Of a stretch of 64,000 bases of DNA, positions 14,213 to 27,149 are shown piece by piece (within the stretch, counting starts at the first letter, position 1; each line of letters opens with the position of its first letter). The notes under the pieces are model-generated. The model saw only the letters and a program-made list of their open reading frames with translations. It searched no databases and had not been told where the DNA came from. The position numbers and the translations under genes were made by a program. The stretch comes from Octopus sinensis (lineage: Eukaryota): assembly GCF_006345805.1 (NCBI RefSeq), contig NC_043009.1, positions 70,432,001-70,496,000 of the forward strand. Direction: 5' to 3'.

Positions 14213-15795
14213 ATATATAATAATAAAATTATTATATATATGTAATAATTAAAATTCCGACTGAAAACTACGACCAATTCAAAAACTGTGTAGCTGTAGT
14301 AGACAAGCGCTGAATGAAGTGAATTAAATTTAGAGCATGGAGTTTATAGCTTAAGCTTAATTGTAGACTTATTAGAGTTGTTGGATGTTTATAGTTAAGT
14401 TCCCTCACACTCGCTTCGACGATCAGTCTGACAACTACTGTGATCCTGTGATAAAGATCGTCCTCAGTTCTTCCTCTCGAAGACGGAGAATTCGGCTATT
14501 ATAGCGAAAGCTTATCTCCGTTCACTGAGAAGTCCACCACATGCACAGCTATTCTAGAAACAGCTGTAAGGGTCTATCCTCCCACCTTCTTGCTCCCATA
14601 TTTGTATGATTCTTTCTACTGAATTGATACCCATTGTTTTCCTCTTCCTTTGTTCTCTCTCATATATATCTACCCGCTCAATGATGAACCACTGAGATTC
14701 ATTCACTGCTTGTCTACTACAGCAAAACTATTTTTGATTTGGTCGCTGTTTTAAGTCGGAATTTTAAGTGTTAAGCCAACCATAGCAATTATTGATATAC
14801 CTGTTACATCATGTTACTAAATGCCATTGTATCTGTTCTGTATGTCTGTCTGACTGTCTCTGTCTGTTTCTCTCTCCCTTTCATTGTCTCTTTATAACGT
14901 ATATGTATTATTCTTTACCGCTCCGACAACTTGTAGTATGTGGTGGTTGAAAAGGTATTTTATTCATATTCTGGCGACGCAAATGAAACAGTCGTCACAC
15001 ACTGATCCCTAAATACAGTGGAAACAGGGCTTGTGAATGTGGAATCATGAATATTATTGACAGCGCTGTATCAAGCGTAATATTAAGCATAGAGAACAAC
15101 CTGAAATGTGATAAAATATGAAATATAAGGATAAATTAGCACACTTGATGTAATGTTATTTGTAACGTGTTTATTTCAATGTAAAATAGATTTACATAGT
15201 GGTCATTATATTACATGAATTAATCCTGTAACCAATTTTAGGAAAATAATTTTATGATGGTGCCAGTGATAGAATGGTATCCGTAATCTATTGTCATCGA
15301 TGGTGTAATATTGCGTATGATGTAATACAGATTCTGGCATCATGCTCGTTATGTTGTCATATTTTAAACGTAATGGTATTTACTATGTAAAGATATTTAT
15401 GATTAAATGGCATTTATGATTCATCAGAATTTAGAATGGCGAGGGCTATGTTTTTAGTATCGTGTGATTAGATTAGGAAGAGAAGCGTTTTTCAGCTGCA
15501 TACATGTTATTACATGAAATTATTGCAATGTTTCATCATGAAGTTAAAAAGAACCTAATTTCATCGTAGAGATTTAATAGATACTGCTATTCATTACGTA
15601 CTCATGACAACTAGTATCAAAACTCGGATCTCATATTCGATTCATGACATTAAGTCCTTTAATTATTGGTTATTAACCAATGGAGTGACATGACATTAAA
15701 TCAATTCGGGAAAAATCATGAAGACTACAAAAAAATTTACCTCATCAGTTAAAATCAGGATGTAAATGCCAAATGATATTTGGATGAGATACCTG

Positions 15796-15836
<41 letters not shown>

Positions 15837-16571
15837 CACACACACACACGTTGCGAAGTTATGGATACAAACAGGGAGTAATTATGCAGAAAAAATAAAA
15901 AATGTAGATTACAACATACAATAAAGGAAAGCATTAGGTGTGTCAGTAGGCAGATATAGTTACATCCTTACCCCAACATTCGGCCCTTCGTACGCATACG
16001 CGCACTCTCGCTCGTATGGGTAGTTAAGTTGATGTCAATAAACTGTCCATGCACTCATGTATCCCGCAGTCAAATAAGGGACCGCACCATCGGTTCAGGG
16101 GCCGCAGATGGTCGTACATCTCTTATTGTCACTTTACTTCATACATTGCGACAATTGTGAAATTGCTTTGGATGACGCCAGGTCGCCATAAGTAGTGGGC
16201 GAGCTTTATCGGTGTCCCCACTAGGAACATATCCAACACGTTAATTTATATATATATTCTTGGTTTCAGAAAAGAAAAATTTAGATAATCCTTCTATAGC
16301 TATGATTTACATAAACATAATAAATACATGGAACATAATAATTACAGCTAGTCAAGGAACATATCAATATATTATTTAGAATAGAAATAAGAATTACATG
16401 AGGTAAAAATATACGTGTAAAAGATAAATGAAAGGTGTTATATCGATTAAAAATCATATTAAATTTAAGATTAAAAACGTTGAATTAAGAATTAAAACTT
16501 GTAAGATATATCGGCGGCAGTGAAAAATTCTAATGAAAATGTTCTAAAGAAATGTTTATAGAGGGTTGTAG

Positions 16572-16870
16572 CACCCGACGGCCGTTTCTGGAGTCCATTA
16601 ATCTACAAGGTATCAATCCTTTTGTTTCACACTGACAATGTCCCCTTCATCAGGAATAAGGAAATAGATAATTAAGTTTGAAGACATGTAAGAGAAAGGG
16701 AAATTTGGGGATATATTTTTGGGGTGTGTGTGGATATCCTGTATTTAAGCCTACCAACAAATTGGAATTATTTTTATTTGATGTTGAATTATATGTGTAG
16801 CCATAAACATCTCCAGTATTTCGGCTAATGAGAAAATATTTAACGCCCATACACCGGTTTATGATCAAGC
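16572..16870 (-). mobile_element. Penelope-like terminus with type I hammerhead ribozyme (16572-16658)
   Basis: Minus strand TATTC-CTGATGA-[AGGGG..CTCCA]-GAAA-CGGCCG-TC-GGGTG: intact core, palindromic stem III ACGGCCGT, GUC site. The upstream ORF ends at the TGA of the core. Confidence 0.7.
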
Positions 16871-17007
16871 CTTAAAATTAAGTGACTTTAGGAATTAGAC
16901 TTATATATATATATAATATATATATATATATATTATATATATATATAATAGTGTATATTTAAACACAAGAGAACACTACTAAATAACTTCTAATGGGTAA
17001 TTCATAT

Positions 17008-17102
<95 letters not shown>

Positions 17103-17239
17103 GATACTAAACATAAAACAAACTATCTAACAATAGCAACTCTAATTCTAATTTAACTAATACTCATACGTCACTGGAAAATACAAGGCAAATTAAGCCG
17201 TCAGGTAATTATATTGAATCTAATAAAATAGGTCCCAAC

Positions 17240-17900
17240 AATAAAATTAAATACTCTGCTCAAGAACAACATGATATATAAAAACTATGTAAATCTAGGA
17301 AGCGCGAAGTAATTTGGTCCCCCCCCCATTCCCTCTTGCTGTTAAAAATATACCTAAACTATTCTTCCAAATCCTAAGACATAATGTTCCAAAACATCAC
17401 AATTATGATCCAATATGCAATAAATCTATGAAATTTTCTTATTTCACAATATCAACCTTCGGATCAATTATGGCATCCATGAATAAGAACAAAATCAAAT
17501 ATCAAACATTCCCAAACTTTGACACTGATAGGAAAGCAAGTATAAATAATATGAATATATCCGCATCACCTGATACTTATCCCCCCAAAATATAGATAAT
17601 AGCAACAATTAATTAGGAAAATATGTAGTTGTAGGAATACCGATTCATGCCCGCTTGAAGGATTTTGTTTCCGTAGAAATGTAGTACATAAATGCACGGT
17701 AGTATCACATAAGTACCAGGCTAAAAGGTATATAGGTTGTACTATTGATTTCAAAACGAGATAGAGGACGCATTTAAATTCGTTTACTAACATTAAATAT
17801 AAAAATTCTACTTCTTTAGCCTCTTAATAAGGAATAACATTGATTATAAATTTTTTTGGTCTATAATAGCAAGTTTCTTCCGCTTCGGTATATATATTTT
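17240..17900 (+). mobile_element. Penelope-like element, C-terminal linker and GIY-YIG endonuclease (decayed)
   Basis: Peptides REVIWSPPPFPLAVKNIPKLFF, KSMKFSY, SCRNTDSCPLEGFCFRRNVVHKCTV..KRYIGCTIDFKTR*RTHLNSF, KYKNSTSL match the Penelope/Poseidon pattern WFNPP..CNCR..CPL.G.C..VVY.C..YIG.T..FK.R...H..SF. Confidence 0.85.
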
Positions 17901-18530
17901 ATTGTTACTAAACGGTTATAGTGTAAACAAGTATCGTCATAAATAGTGGCGATGCTACCACAATTGGCGACGAGTAATTACGTTACAATACAATCTTTTT
18001 TTCTCACTTTGCATTACGTCCTGCAACAGATCTTCCTCACTTAAATCACTTAAATCGCTGGAGCCAGTTGTCCCTTCTTTACTGTAGGTTCTCCTTTGGT
18101 TTGAGCTGTATCTCTTATGTTGTTGGTCTTTCTTTTCCAGTTCTCATGTGATCTCTTCCACCTCCAATTCTTTCATCCACCTTTTCCCCCTAATAGATTT
18201 AGCTTGATCAAAATGTTAACATCTATAGCCCCTTATTTTAGGTTCCCTTTCTAAGTAACACTGCATCACTATCCTGTTTTCTTCGCTGGTCCCTTCTTCC
18301 TCCTTACTGGATTATCTGCTGATGCTGTCCTAGGATAACAAATGCGGTCAGTCTACATCTTTACTGATCCATTGCTCAGTTTCTGTGCCAAACCCTCCCT
18401 CATAATCTGAGCTAAGGTGACGTTCGTCACCATCGTCATCACCACTATTACTTTTCGATTTTTCTTAGTTTCAAGTAACTATCTATTGCATTACTTGCTG
18501 CACTTCTTGTGCTAGTGAGGTGTGTGTGCT

Positions 18531-18532
<2 letters not shown>

Positions 18533-18569
<37 letters not shown>

Positions 18570-18591
18570 TATTATTATTATTATTATTATT
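18533..18591. repeat. (ATT)n microsatellite
   Basis: Direct reading. Confidence 0.95.
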
Positions 18592-18974
18592 AAGACCAGT
18601 TCATGCCATGAAAGTGACACTGGGGTAAAATATACGAAGCCCAGTATACCCATCATGGCTACCTGTCTGATAAGGGTACACTAGGCATCACAAACACATG
18701 CGCACGACATGGTGAACTCATATCAAGGTAACCTTCGCATGACTTTGCAAGTGGGGCCCAATTAGAATTGTAAGAGGGGGTAGCATCATACCCATGTGTT
18801 GAGTGGAATTCTTTGGTCATGCGCTGTCTATCTTGATATGAGGTCACCATGTCACGCACATATGTTTCTGATGTATGTACCTGGTGTACTCCTATCAGAC
18901 GGACAGTCATGATGGGTTATATAGGGTTTCGTATACTTTACCCCAGTGTCACTATGTTGGTATGCGCTGCTCTC
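18592..18974. mobile_element. MITE-like element with ~155-bp imperfect terminal inverted repeats
   Basis: aaagtgacactggggtaaaatatacgaagccc...ctcatatcaag is the inverse of cttgatatgagg...gggtttcgtatactttaccccagtgtcact. Confidence 0.85.
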
Positions 18975-19029
18975 AACAACAACAACAATAATAATAATAA
19001 TAATAATAATAACAATAATAATAATAATA

Positions 19030-20247
19030 CTCAGGGAGGTTGAGGCTTCATCCAGCTTGAACTTACATACAAAACCACCACAATCGAACTGGCCAAATAC
19101 CTTGAAACAACCAACGATTGGATGCTAAAACTTGTTGAAAAACATGAAATACCGAAAAAACTTCACTCTATTCTGAAAGAGAGCAAAAGAAATTCGCTAG
19201 TGATCTCTCTGCTACCTACCAGATTGATCAGGTTGAAAATGCGCCAACTGCTGCTGCAAAGAAAAGAAAATTGATTGCAAAGACAAAAGCACATGAAAAA
19301 TTAGCTAACAGATGGGAACAGAGACCTCTGCATGGCAAGTATGTGGCCCGTAGTAAACAAGCTGATGTCGACCAAAAACACATGCATAAATGGTTAGGAA
19401 GCTCAGGGCTAAAAGCAGAGAGTGAAGGTTTCATATTAGCTGCTCAAGACCAATGCTTATTAACCCGGAACTAGCAACCCAATGGGATAAAAAATGGAGC
19501 TGACCCCAAATGCCGATTCTGTAACGATGAGATTGAAACTATGGACCACCTAATCTCAGGGTGTAGAGTCTTAACACCTGTAGAATATAAAGCAAGACAT
19601 AACAGAGTCGGCCAGTATTTACATTGGACAATATGTCGGCATTATAAAATCAAAACCGCTGACAAATGGTATAAACACCATCCTGAAGCTGTGACTAAGG
19701 GAGAAAATGTGTCGATTCTGTGGGACTTCCCCGTACATACTGACAAAACTATAAAATCTAATAAACCGGATATTATTATAAAAGATCAAACAAAAAAAAA
19801 TGTGTGCTTATTAACTGAGACGAGTTTTCCTTGCGATCAAAATATAGTGGCGAAAGAATTTGACAGGATCAGTAAATATAAAGATTGCTGATAGAAATAG
19901 AAAAAAATGTGGTATATCAAGGCGTCTACAGTACCAGTGATTGTAGGATCTCTGGGAATGATAAAAAAAAGTTACTGAAACCTATTTGAAAATCATACCA
20001 GGCTTACCATCCCTACAGGAAGTGCAAAAAATCGTGTTAACTGGAACGGCTCATGTACTGAGAGGAGCATTATCGCTGTGAAAACAACATCTATTCATGA
20101 ATTTATTTATTTATTATTTTTTTTCAAAATACATATTTTACCTGCGATTTTGCGTGTGTGATATGGGAATGCATGCTATGAGCTTCTCTGCCCTAGGTGT
20201 ATGGAAAACACTCGGCAAGAAATGGAAGAGAATTTGAAGAAAGGAGG
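19030..20247 (+). mobile_element. 5'-truncated R4/Dong-like non-LTR retrotransposon (CCHC finger and restriction-like endonuclease, plus 3' UTR)
   Basis: QGG.GFIQLELTYKTT, LHGKY, LKAESEGFILAAQDQ, CRFCNDEIETMDHLISGC, RHNRV, ILWDFPVHTD..KPDIII, VPVIVGSLG; flanked by AAT/AAC repeats on both sides. Confidence 0.9.
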
Positions 20248-20269
20248 AAAACAACAACAATAACAACAG

Positions 20270-20352
<83 letters not shown>
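20248..20352. repeat. (AAC)n(AAT)n microsatellite
   Basis: Direct reading. Confidence 0.95.
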
Positions 20353-20353
<1 letters not shown>

Positions 20354-21538
20354 GCAAGAGCAATAACAATTTATGCGATAAATACTTTCTTAAGACATTT
20401 TAGAATACAGACTTAGACCGAAACCATTTGAGAACTTGCCAAGCTACAGTGCAAAGAAATTATCATGTGACACATTGCAAAAGAAAGGATGACAGTTGAC
20501 AATTGCATGTTGACGTCACGTTATAAACAATGTGTCACATATAGCTGAATGAAATTAGCCCTTCGATTGTGTAATTTTGCAGGTTAGCTAATACTTTTTC
20601 TCTATACTTATTTGTTCTTAGAATATATATAAAAGGACTCTTTGAAAACCCTAAAATCTTAATATGTGTAAATTATTTTCTTAAGTGTTATGAATGTGAA
20701 AGATAAAGTTATTCGCTTCTATGAATTGTCTTTTAATCACCTCTCCCAGGTATATTTGTTTCTCTACACACTTCCTCCGATACACACAAATGGGAAATTT
20801 CTCTGATGCATATACTATCTCTCTCAACGAAGAAATCATCGTGCAATATATTATCTGATTGTGAAGAATAATAAAACTGTTGAAGTAATGAACTATTAGT
20901 AGGAAGCAACGATATAAACTGAAGCAATATTCCTCATGCGAGAGAAAGTTTCGAAATTGACTTAAAAGTGTGTAAATCGGTGAATCTATTGAGGTTTAAT
21001 GCTCCATTAGAGGTTTATGGTGATGTTGAATACATAAAGTATGAGGCATCTGGGAGTGTATAAAGCAGTTGTCAGCGAGACATTAAATAATAGAGAGGTA
21101 ATGGAGCTTGTATGAAGGTTGTACAGAGTGCAGCTACAATATCAGGGAGCGGCAATATATGTTTGCATAGTTTCAACAACTTGTCATTCAGGATTGAGTT
21201 CCACCCTCAACATAACCTAATTATTGTTTTCGTTACAAAAACAATGTAACAAGCAACTATCAAAAATTGTGTTGAAATTTAACGTTTAGTTAGCGAGTAA
21301 TTTTTATAAGTTTAAGAAGAAGAAAAAAACACAGAAAGCTCTGTGTGTATGTAGAATTAAGGAAGAATGGCATACAATTGCTCTCTCTATCTTTGTCACT
21401 CTTTCTTTGTCTCTTTCGTTCATACTATTCAGTGTTCTTGCCACAAATTAAAATTAGCAGTAGTAGTGGTATTAGTGGTGTTTATATAGAGTGTGGTTGC
21501 TGTTTTTGCTTCGGAGAAATACATATAACCATAAAGCT

Positions 21539-21542
<4 letters not shown>

Positions 21543-21569
<27 letters not shown>

Positions 21570-21585
21570 GGCAGACAGATAGATG

Positions 21586-21654
<69 letters not shown>

Positions 21655-21660
21655 GTAGAC

Positions 21661-21691
<31 letters not shown>

Positions 21692-21714
21692 GATAGATAG
21701 ATAGATAGATAGAT

Positions 21715-21803
<89 letters not shown>
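21543..21803. repeat. (GACA)n(GATA)n microsatellite
   Basis: Direct reading; source of the YLSIYLSI ORFs. Confidence 0.97.
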
Positions 21804-21804
<1 letters not shown>

Positions 21805-21899
21805 GTTTCGGCCAAATTTGACAGTTTGTGTGAGAGGGAAAGAAAGCAAAATATTCCATCCGAAAATAAAAGTATTTCAAAAATCAAAAACTATCAGCT

Positions 21900-22390
21900 A
21901 GTTGGTGACTGAGAAATAACAGTGCATTCAAAGTGGCCGCCTTCAGCTTCTACTAAGGCCTCAAAGCAGCTGCAGAATTTGCGCATACAGTCCTCGATGC
22001 GTTGCTAGGAACTCGCCGAACACGCCGTTGATTTTGGTCATCAACTCCGCCTTGGTGTTGCAGGCAGCGCAGGTTCTGTCTTTCTCAGCCACACCCCAGA
22101 CAATAATCCGTGAGATTATAATCGGAGGAATAAGGAGGTCTAAAAAATGGCTTTGGAGTCGTAGAAGTTCTCCAACAACCACTTCCGATTCTTTTCGAAG
22201 GAATGGTAAGAAACGAATGAATTCCGGTGTGCCGAAACAAATATCAAAATGCCTGATGTGTCCCTTCCTGCTGGCTACGGATTCGTAGTTCTCGTTACAA
22301 CTGTCCGTTACACGTCTTATGATCTTAACATTGTACCCAGAACATCGAACAGTAGCCATGCAGTTGCCATTTTGCTACCCGGCGCAAAGG
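21900..22390 (-). mobile_element. Tc1/mariner maT (DD37D-like) transposase C-terminal remnant
   Basis: Frameshifted peptides DVLGTMLRS, RKWLLENFYD, RPPYSSDYNLTDY, WGVAEKD..CNTKAELMTKINGVF, FEALVEAEGGHFE. Confidence 0.8.
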
Positions 22391-22399
22391 ATTATAACA

Positions 22400-24100
22400 C
22401 AGCTAACCCTTCCAGTCATCCAAGTTAGCTTTTTGTAATAGATCTTCAAATTATTATTCGTTGTTTCTTCTAGTTTGACTCCACAAGATTATTCCCTTGT
22501 TTGTACCGCTATCAGCTGTATAACAGAGTTTCAGCGACATCCACATGTTAGCTTACTGTAGGGAAATTTGGATATTTGCGTTCTCCATATACAACTATGA
22601 GTCTTGCAAACTAGACTCAAAACTAACCATTTCTACGCGATGAAGTACCACGACTTGTTCAAAGCTATCACGCCAAAAAATGATCATTAGAAATCGAAGC
22701 TGGCACAACTGGCCAACCAAATTCTTCATACGACGATGACACAGTTTATGGCTCTCAGCAGAATAAAACAGACCGGGTGGTACAAATACAAGGTAAACTT
22801 TCATGTACTGACCGGCAAAATATGGCAACTACCACTAAGTGTTGTATCATTTTCTGTATATCTTCTGAGGAATTAGACATTAGCATTGAGTTATCAGCGA
22901 AAGCAAGATTGTGAATACTCACATCATGGTGGTTACTGGTGCATGTTACTGTACATATGTAAAACAATCCTCAATCACATCTGTATCATAAACACTCCGT
23001 AATTCTTCTTGCCACCCTTTAAACCTTGAATTATTACAAATATGTTTGGGTCCCTTACTTGTTCTATAAGAAACAGAATACTGGTAGATTTGTTGTTTAA
23101 AAAATAGATCGTGGTAGACATATCATGGGAAAATACTTGACGATCGCCACGAATTTTCTAGGCATCCATTTAGTAGTGTTCATAAACTTTCATTTCTCGC
23201 ATAGTGAAAAACCTTCGCAAAGTCAATGAAAAAGATGAAGACACTGGGATGGCTGCGTTTAAATAGTTTTGCATCTGTTGTCGACAAAAATTCTATCCTT
23301 TGTGCTCCCAGACATAGGAAATCCATGATTGGCTTTCAAAGGAATATTTTTGCATATTGTTTGCAATTTCTTTAATTAATTGTTTGAATTTTTCTTTATA
23401 ATTGAAAGGAGTGGAATTTTTCTGAGGTTTCGACAGGCCTATTCATCACTTTTCTGCTGGAAAATGGTTATTGCATTCTTGAATTGTAGGGTGAGGCGAC
23501 CGTATATCCAAAATTGTCTGAAGAGATGCTCCATTAATATAATGTAATTCCTTCCAGACATTCTTAGAGAAATCTATGGGATTGTTGCCAACAGCAGGAG
23601 ATGTTCCTGGTTTTAACCCCCGAGATAGTAGCTATCAGCTTCTTTATATTCGGCTATAGATCCAGTAGATGAGTATCTTGGGAAATACGTGAGTCACTTA
23701 TCAGAGCTTCACGAGAACATCTTGAAGGCCGTTGGAATAACATACTAAAATATTTCTTCAAGCGATTTAAAATGCCATTTTTTCGACGTGACGCCTCTTT
23801 ATTTCAGACGAGTGCATTTCCATGTTTCTCGGGACTGCAATCATATCTCGGACTGGTGCTGAAAACATTCAAATTTATCAGCACTAGTTTTTCAGACATC
23901 TCTTTGTAGTAAAGCCTTTGCATTTCTCTGTTTTTTGGTAACAACGTGGTGACAACATTGACTGTACATTCGTCTTTCACATAGCAGTTTTTTTCTTTAC
24001 ATCACTTCCTCAAAGCTGTCGAAATACGTCCATTTGAGAAGCCTGTTGGATCATCAACTGCTTTGTATGTTAATTCATGCAAATGTATCAACCAAGTATT
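22400..24100 (-). mobile_element. Decayed non-LTR retrotransposon RT region, probably of an R2/NeSL-type (RLE) lineage
   Basis: Minus-strand motifs QRLYYKE, KPGTSPAVG, FFIDFAKVF, SIHNLAFADNSMLMSNSSEDIQKMI, MKNLVG/RNWL. Confidence 0.6.
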
Positions 24101-26459
24101 GGCTGCTGTATTATCAGTGGGTGTGGTCTCTCTGACAGCAAATGTGAGTAACCAATATATTTGCTGCAACTTGATAATTCAAGTCCTTCCTGCAAATGGA
24201 ATTTTATACATAATTCTGATGTTCTGATTCCGTATGTGTTGTTTCAATGACACGTACTGAATCGATAGTTGTGTGCATTATGCTCTAATAAAATAAGATT
24301 GAAGATATTGAAAACGTGATGAAACAATTGTAAACTGATGTAATTGTGAAATTTCTACGGATTTATGTGGACTTTTTTTGGCATGTGTTTAATAAAACAC
24401 TTTCCCGATTACTGTCTCGCTGATAATCGTAAAAGAGTTAAACGTAGAAGATTCCAGGTTTAATACCCGAGTCAAATCGTAATTTTGTACACACTCACTC
24501 ACACACACGCACACTTATACATACACACACACACATATACCTGTATATATATATGTGTGTGTGGGTGTGCCTGTATAGATATTTATGCATATATATGTGG
24601 GTATGTATATGTGTATATATACATTATGTTCATACGCATGTCTGCTTGTACGTGCAAGTGTTTGTATGTATGCATGTGCGTGCGCGCACCAGGAGTTGAA
24701 TTTTACGGCCGAAGGAAGTAAAAGAGATACTTTGGCGTCAAGAAACTGTAGCGCTGCAAGGTCTCAAAACCTGAAATTTAGTTTTACTACCACAAACTCC
24801 TCACGATTCAATGATTAGCAAAGAAAAACGACGAAAGTGTTGATTACAAAACAACCAAGCTATTGCTATTAACTATATTGTCAAAGAATATAGTTTCTAC
24901 GAATGTTTTAAACTTCCGTTTATAAGGATTTTCTTCGAACCAGATTTGGGAATTTTTCATGGAAACACTTATTACGTGATGGATAGTTTCCTTTTATAGG
25001 ATTTCCTCATAAGGTATTATTATCTCGATAATGTTATCAATATCTGACCTCTTTCATGCAGGATATACATTACTTCTTAACATGTATAATGAATGAGAGT
25101 TAAAATTCTCTTCATATGACGGACTCACTTTTAATGTGAATTGAAGAGAAAAGAGCAGCGCATTCGATTCTGCTATTATATTTACACCATTATGGCAATG
25201 GCTTTAGAATAATTTCTTTTAACCTGATTTTCTTTTAGATCTTTCACCCTAGCAACACACACTGTGTAATCCAGCGGATTTTCTTGAGGTCTTGTTTCTT
25301 TCATATACTCAGCATCGGGTCAAGGATTATGATAAATAAATGAAAGAGAAACACAACTGTATACGATGCTAAAACGAGAGACTATTCTATTGAACTGCAG
25401 AAATGATTCCCTTGAGATAAGGAACAAGAAGAATTTCTGCGATTCAAGGAAAAAATATTACAATTAATCAGTTAGAAAGAATCCATCTGATTTGGTTTTC
25501 TCGTCTTGAGAATATATCTTTGTAACCTCATATATACGTGTAATACAATGATAAGTTGCGGAAATAAGAACTTAATACAAACCAACAGTATTCAGCATAG
25601 ATATCATTGCTTTGTTATATCGAAGCAAACATTTCGATTTATTTGGCAGGGGATTTGTGACTATGTGTTTCGAGTTGTTCTTTAAGAGCATTAGTGCCCT
25701 AATTAAATTGAGAAATATTGACACAACTGGGAAATGAAACCATGAAAGGGATTCGATTTGCAGCGAATTTTATCTCTCCATGCTTACCGCATCAAGTCTT
25801 TTCACGCAGAATCTGATTGATTCTTGCCTGTACTCGTTTAGAGCTACCTATTTGAGTATTGATTCGCTGTAAAATTCTCTCCTTCTCGGAGATGCTATAC
25901 TCATTAAAATACCAGTGTTATTCTAATAACAAACAGGACTTGAATGCTACCCGTCATATGACGACCGACGAGCAATGGATGACGAGGGCGTTACCTGTTA
26001 TATTACGGGTCACTTTTACCGCCAAGGGTAATACGAAGAAATATGACATACTTGCAATAATTATAATTTAACTCTTATCAAATTCCCTCATGATTATACA
26101 AAGTGGTGAAATGTATTCTAATTTTCTAAAGAAAAATATTTATTATTATAAAGTCAAACCAAATTAATCAAAATTCTCATTTGTATATTTTCGAAAAATG
26201 TGTTGATATTTTTCGAAATTTCATCATCACAATCACTATCTCCTCTATAAATACCTGTCCTAAATCCTATTAAGTAATGTGAAGTTTTCAGAAAGTTATG
26301 CCTGTCTGCTACCAACCCCCCTACGTGCATTCAGCCTTTACTTCTTATGTCGAACAGCTGTATCTCTCTGTTACTTTAGCTACCCCCTTCTGTATATGGT
26401 GCAAAGTATGACTGAGTAGTCACCCAACCCGCATTTATAGAGATTAATATCGTCTTTAT

Positions 26460-26795
26460 TCTGTTAGTCATTGAACTCCGGTCTTGCTGGGACACTGCCT
26501 TCAAGAGTCTTACTTTTGAAGCCTGGTTCTTATTCTAGAGGACTGTCTTTTCGAACCGCTTGGTTACAGGGACGTAAACACATCAACACTGATCACGCGA
26601 TGGTGGGGCACACACACACACAGATACATGCAAAATAACATATAGCCGACGGACGTCTTTCAGTTTCCGTCTAACAAATCCAGTCACAAACTTTGGTCGA
26701 CCTGGTGCCATAATGGAAGACACTTTCCCAATGTGTGTTACGTACGGGGACTGAACGCGGAAGCATAGGATTGGTAAACAATCTTCTTATCACAC
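26460..26795 (-). mobile_element. tRNA-derived SINE with CORE-like domain (diverged)
   Basis: gggacgtaaacacatcaacac, ctttcagtttccgtctaacaaatcc, gaagacactttcccaa, gggactgaacgcgg match the family at 49330-49752. Confidence 0.8.
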
Positions 26796-27116
26796 ACCTA
26801 AAACTTAAAAACAAATTTCCCATTTGTTATTTCTTTTTAATTTTGATAATCCACCAGCGGATTAAGATTTGTTGGAAAACTCCGGCTCGTTTTAATTTCG
26901 TTTAACAACAGCAGCAGTCTTCCATCTCTGATATTGTCTCCTTGCTTCACCATTGTTTTTCTCAATATCTCTTCGATTTACTCGTCATACTCGTTTCTTT
27001 CTTGATAGTTTATCCGATGTTCTTAGTTTGCGGAATTTGATTGCAATGTTCTCTCTTTCACTCTCATTCTCTGTCGACCTCTGTTACTATCTGTCTGTTT
27101 CTCTCTCTCTCTCTCC

Positions 27117-27149
<33 letters not shown>

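Noticed and set aside
21472-21887. Long ORFs such as [14 protein letters not shown] and VCVCVC (also at 32.4, 40.1, 46.1, 51.2, 57.0, 58.4 and 60.9 kb)
   Set aside because: Translations of microsatellites that lack stop codons; not genes
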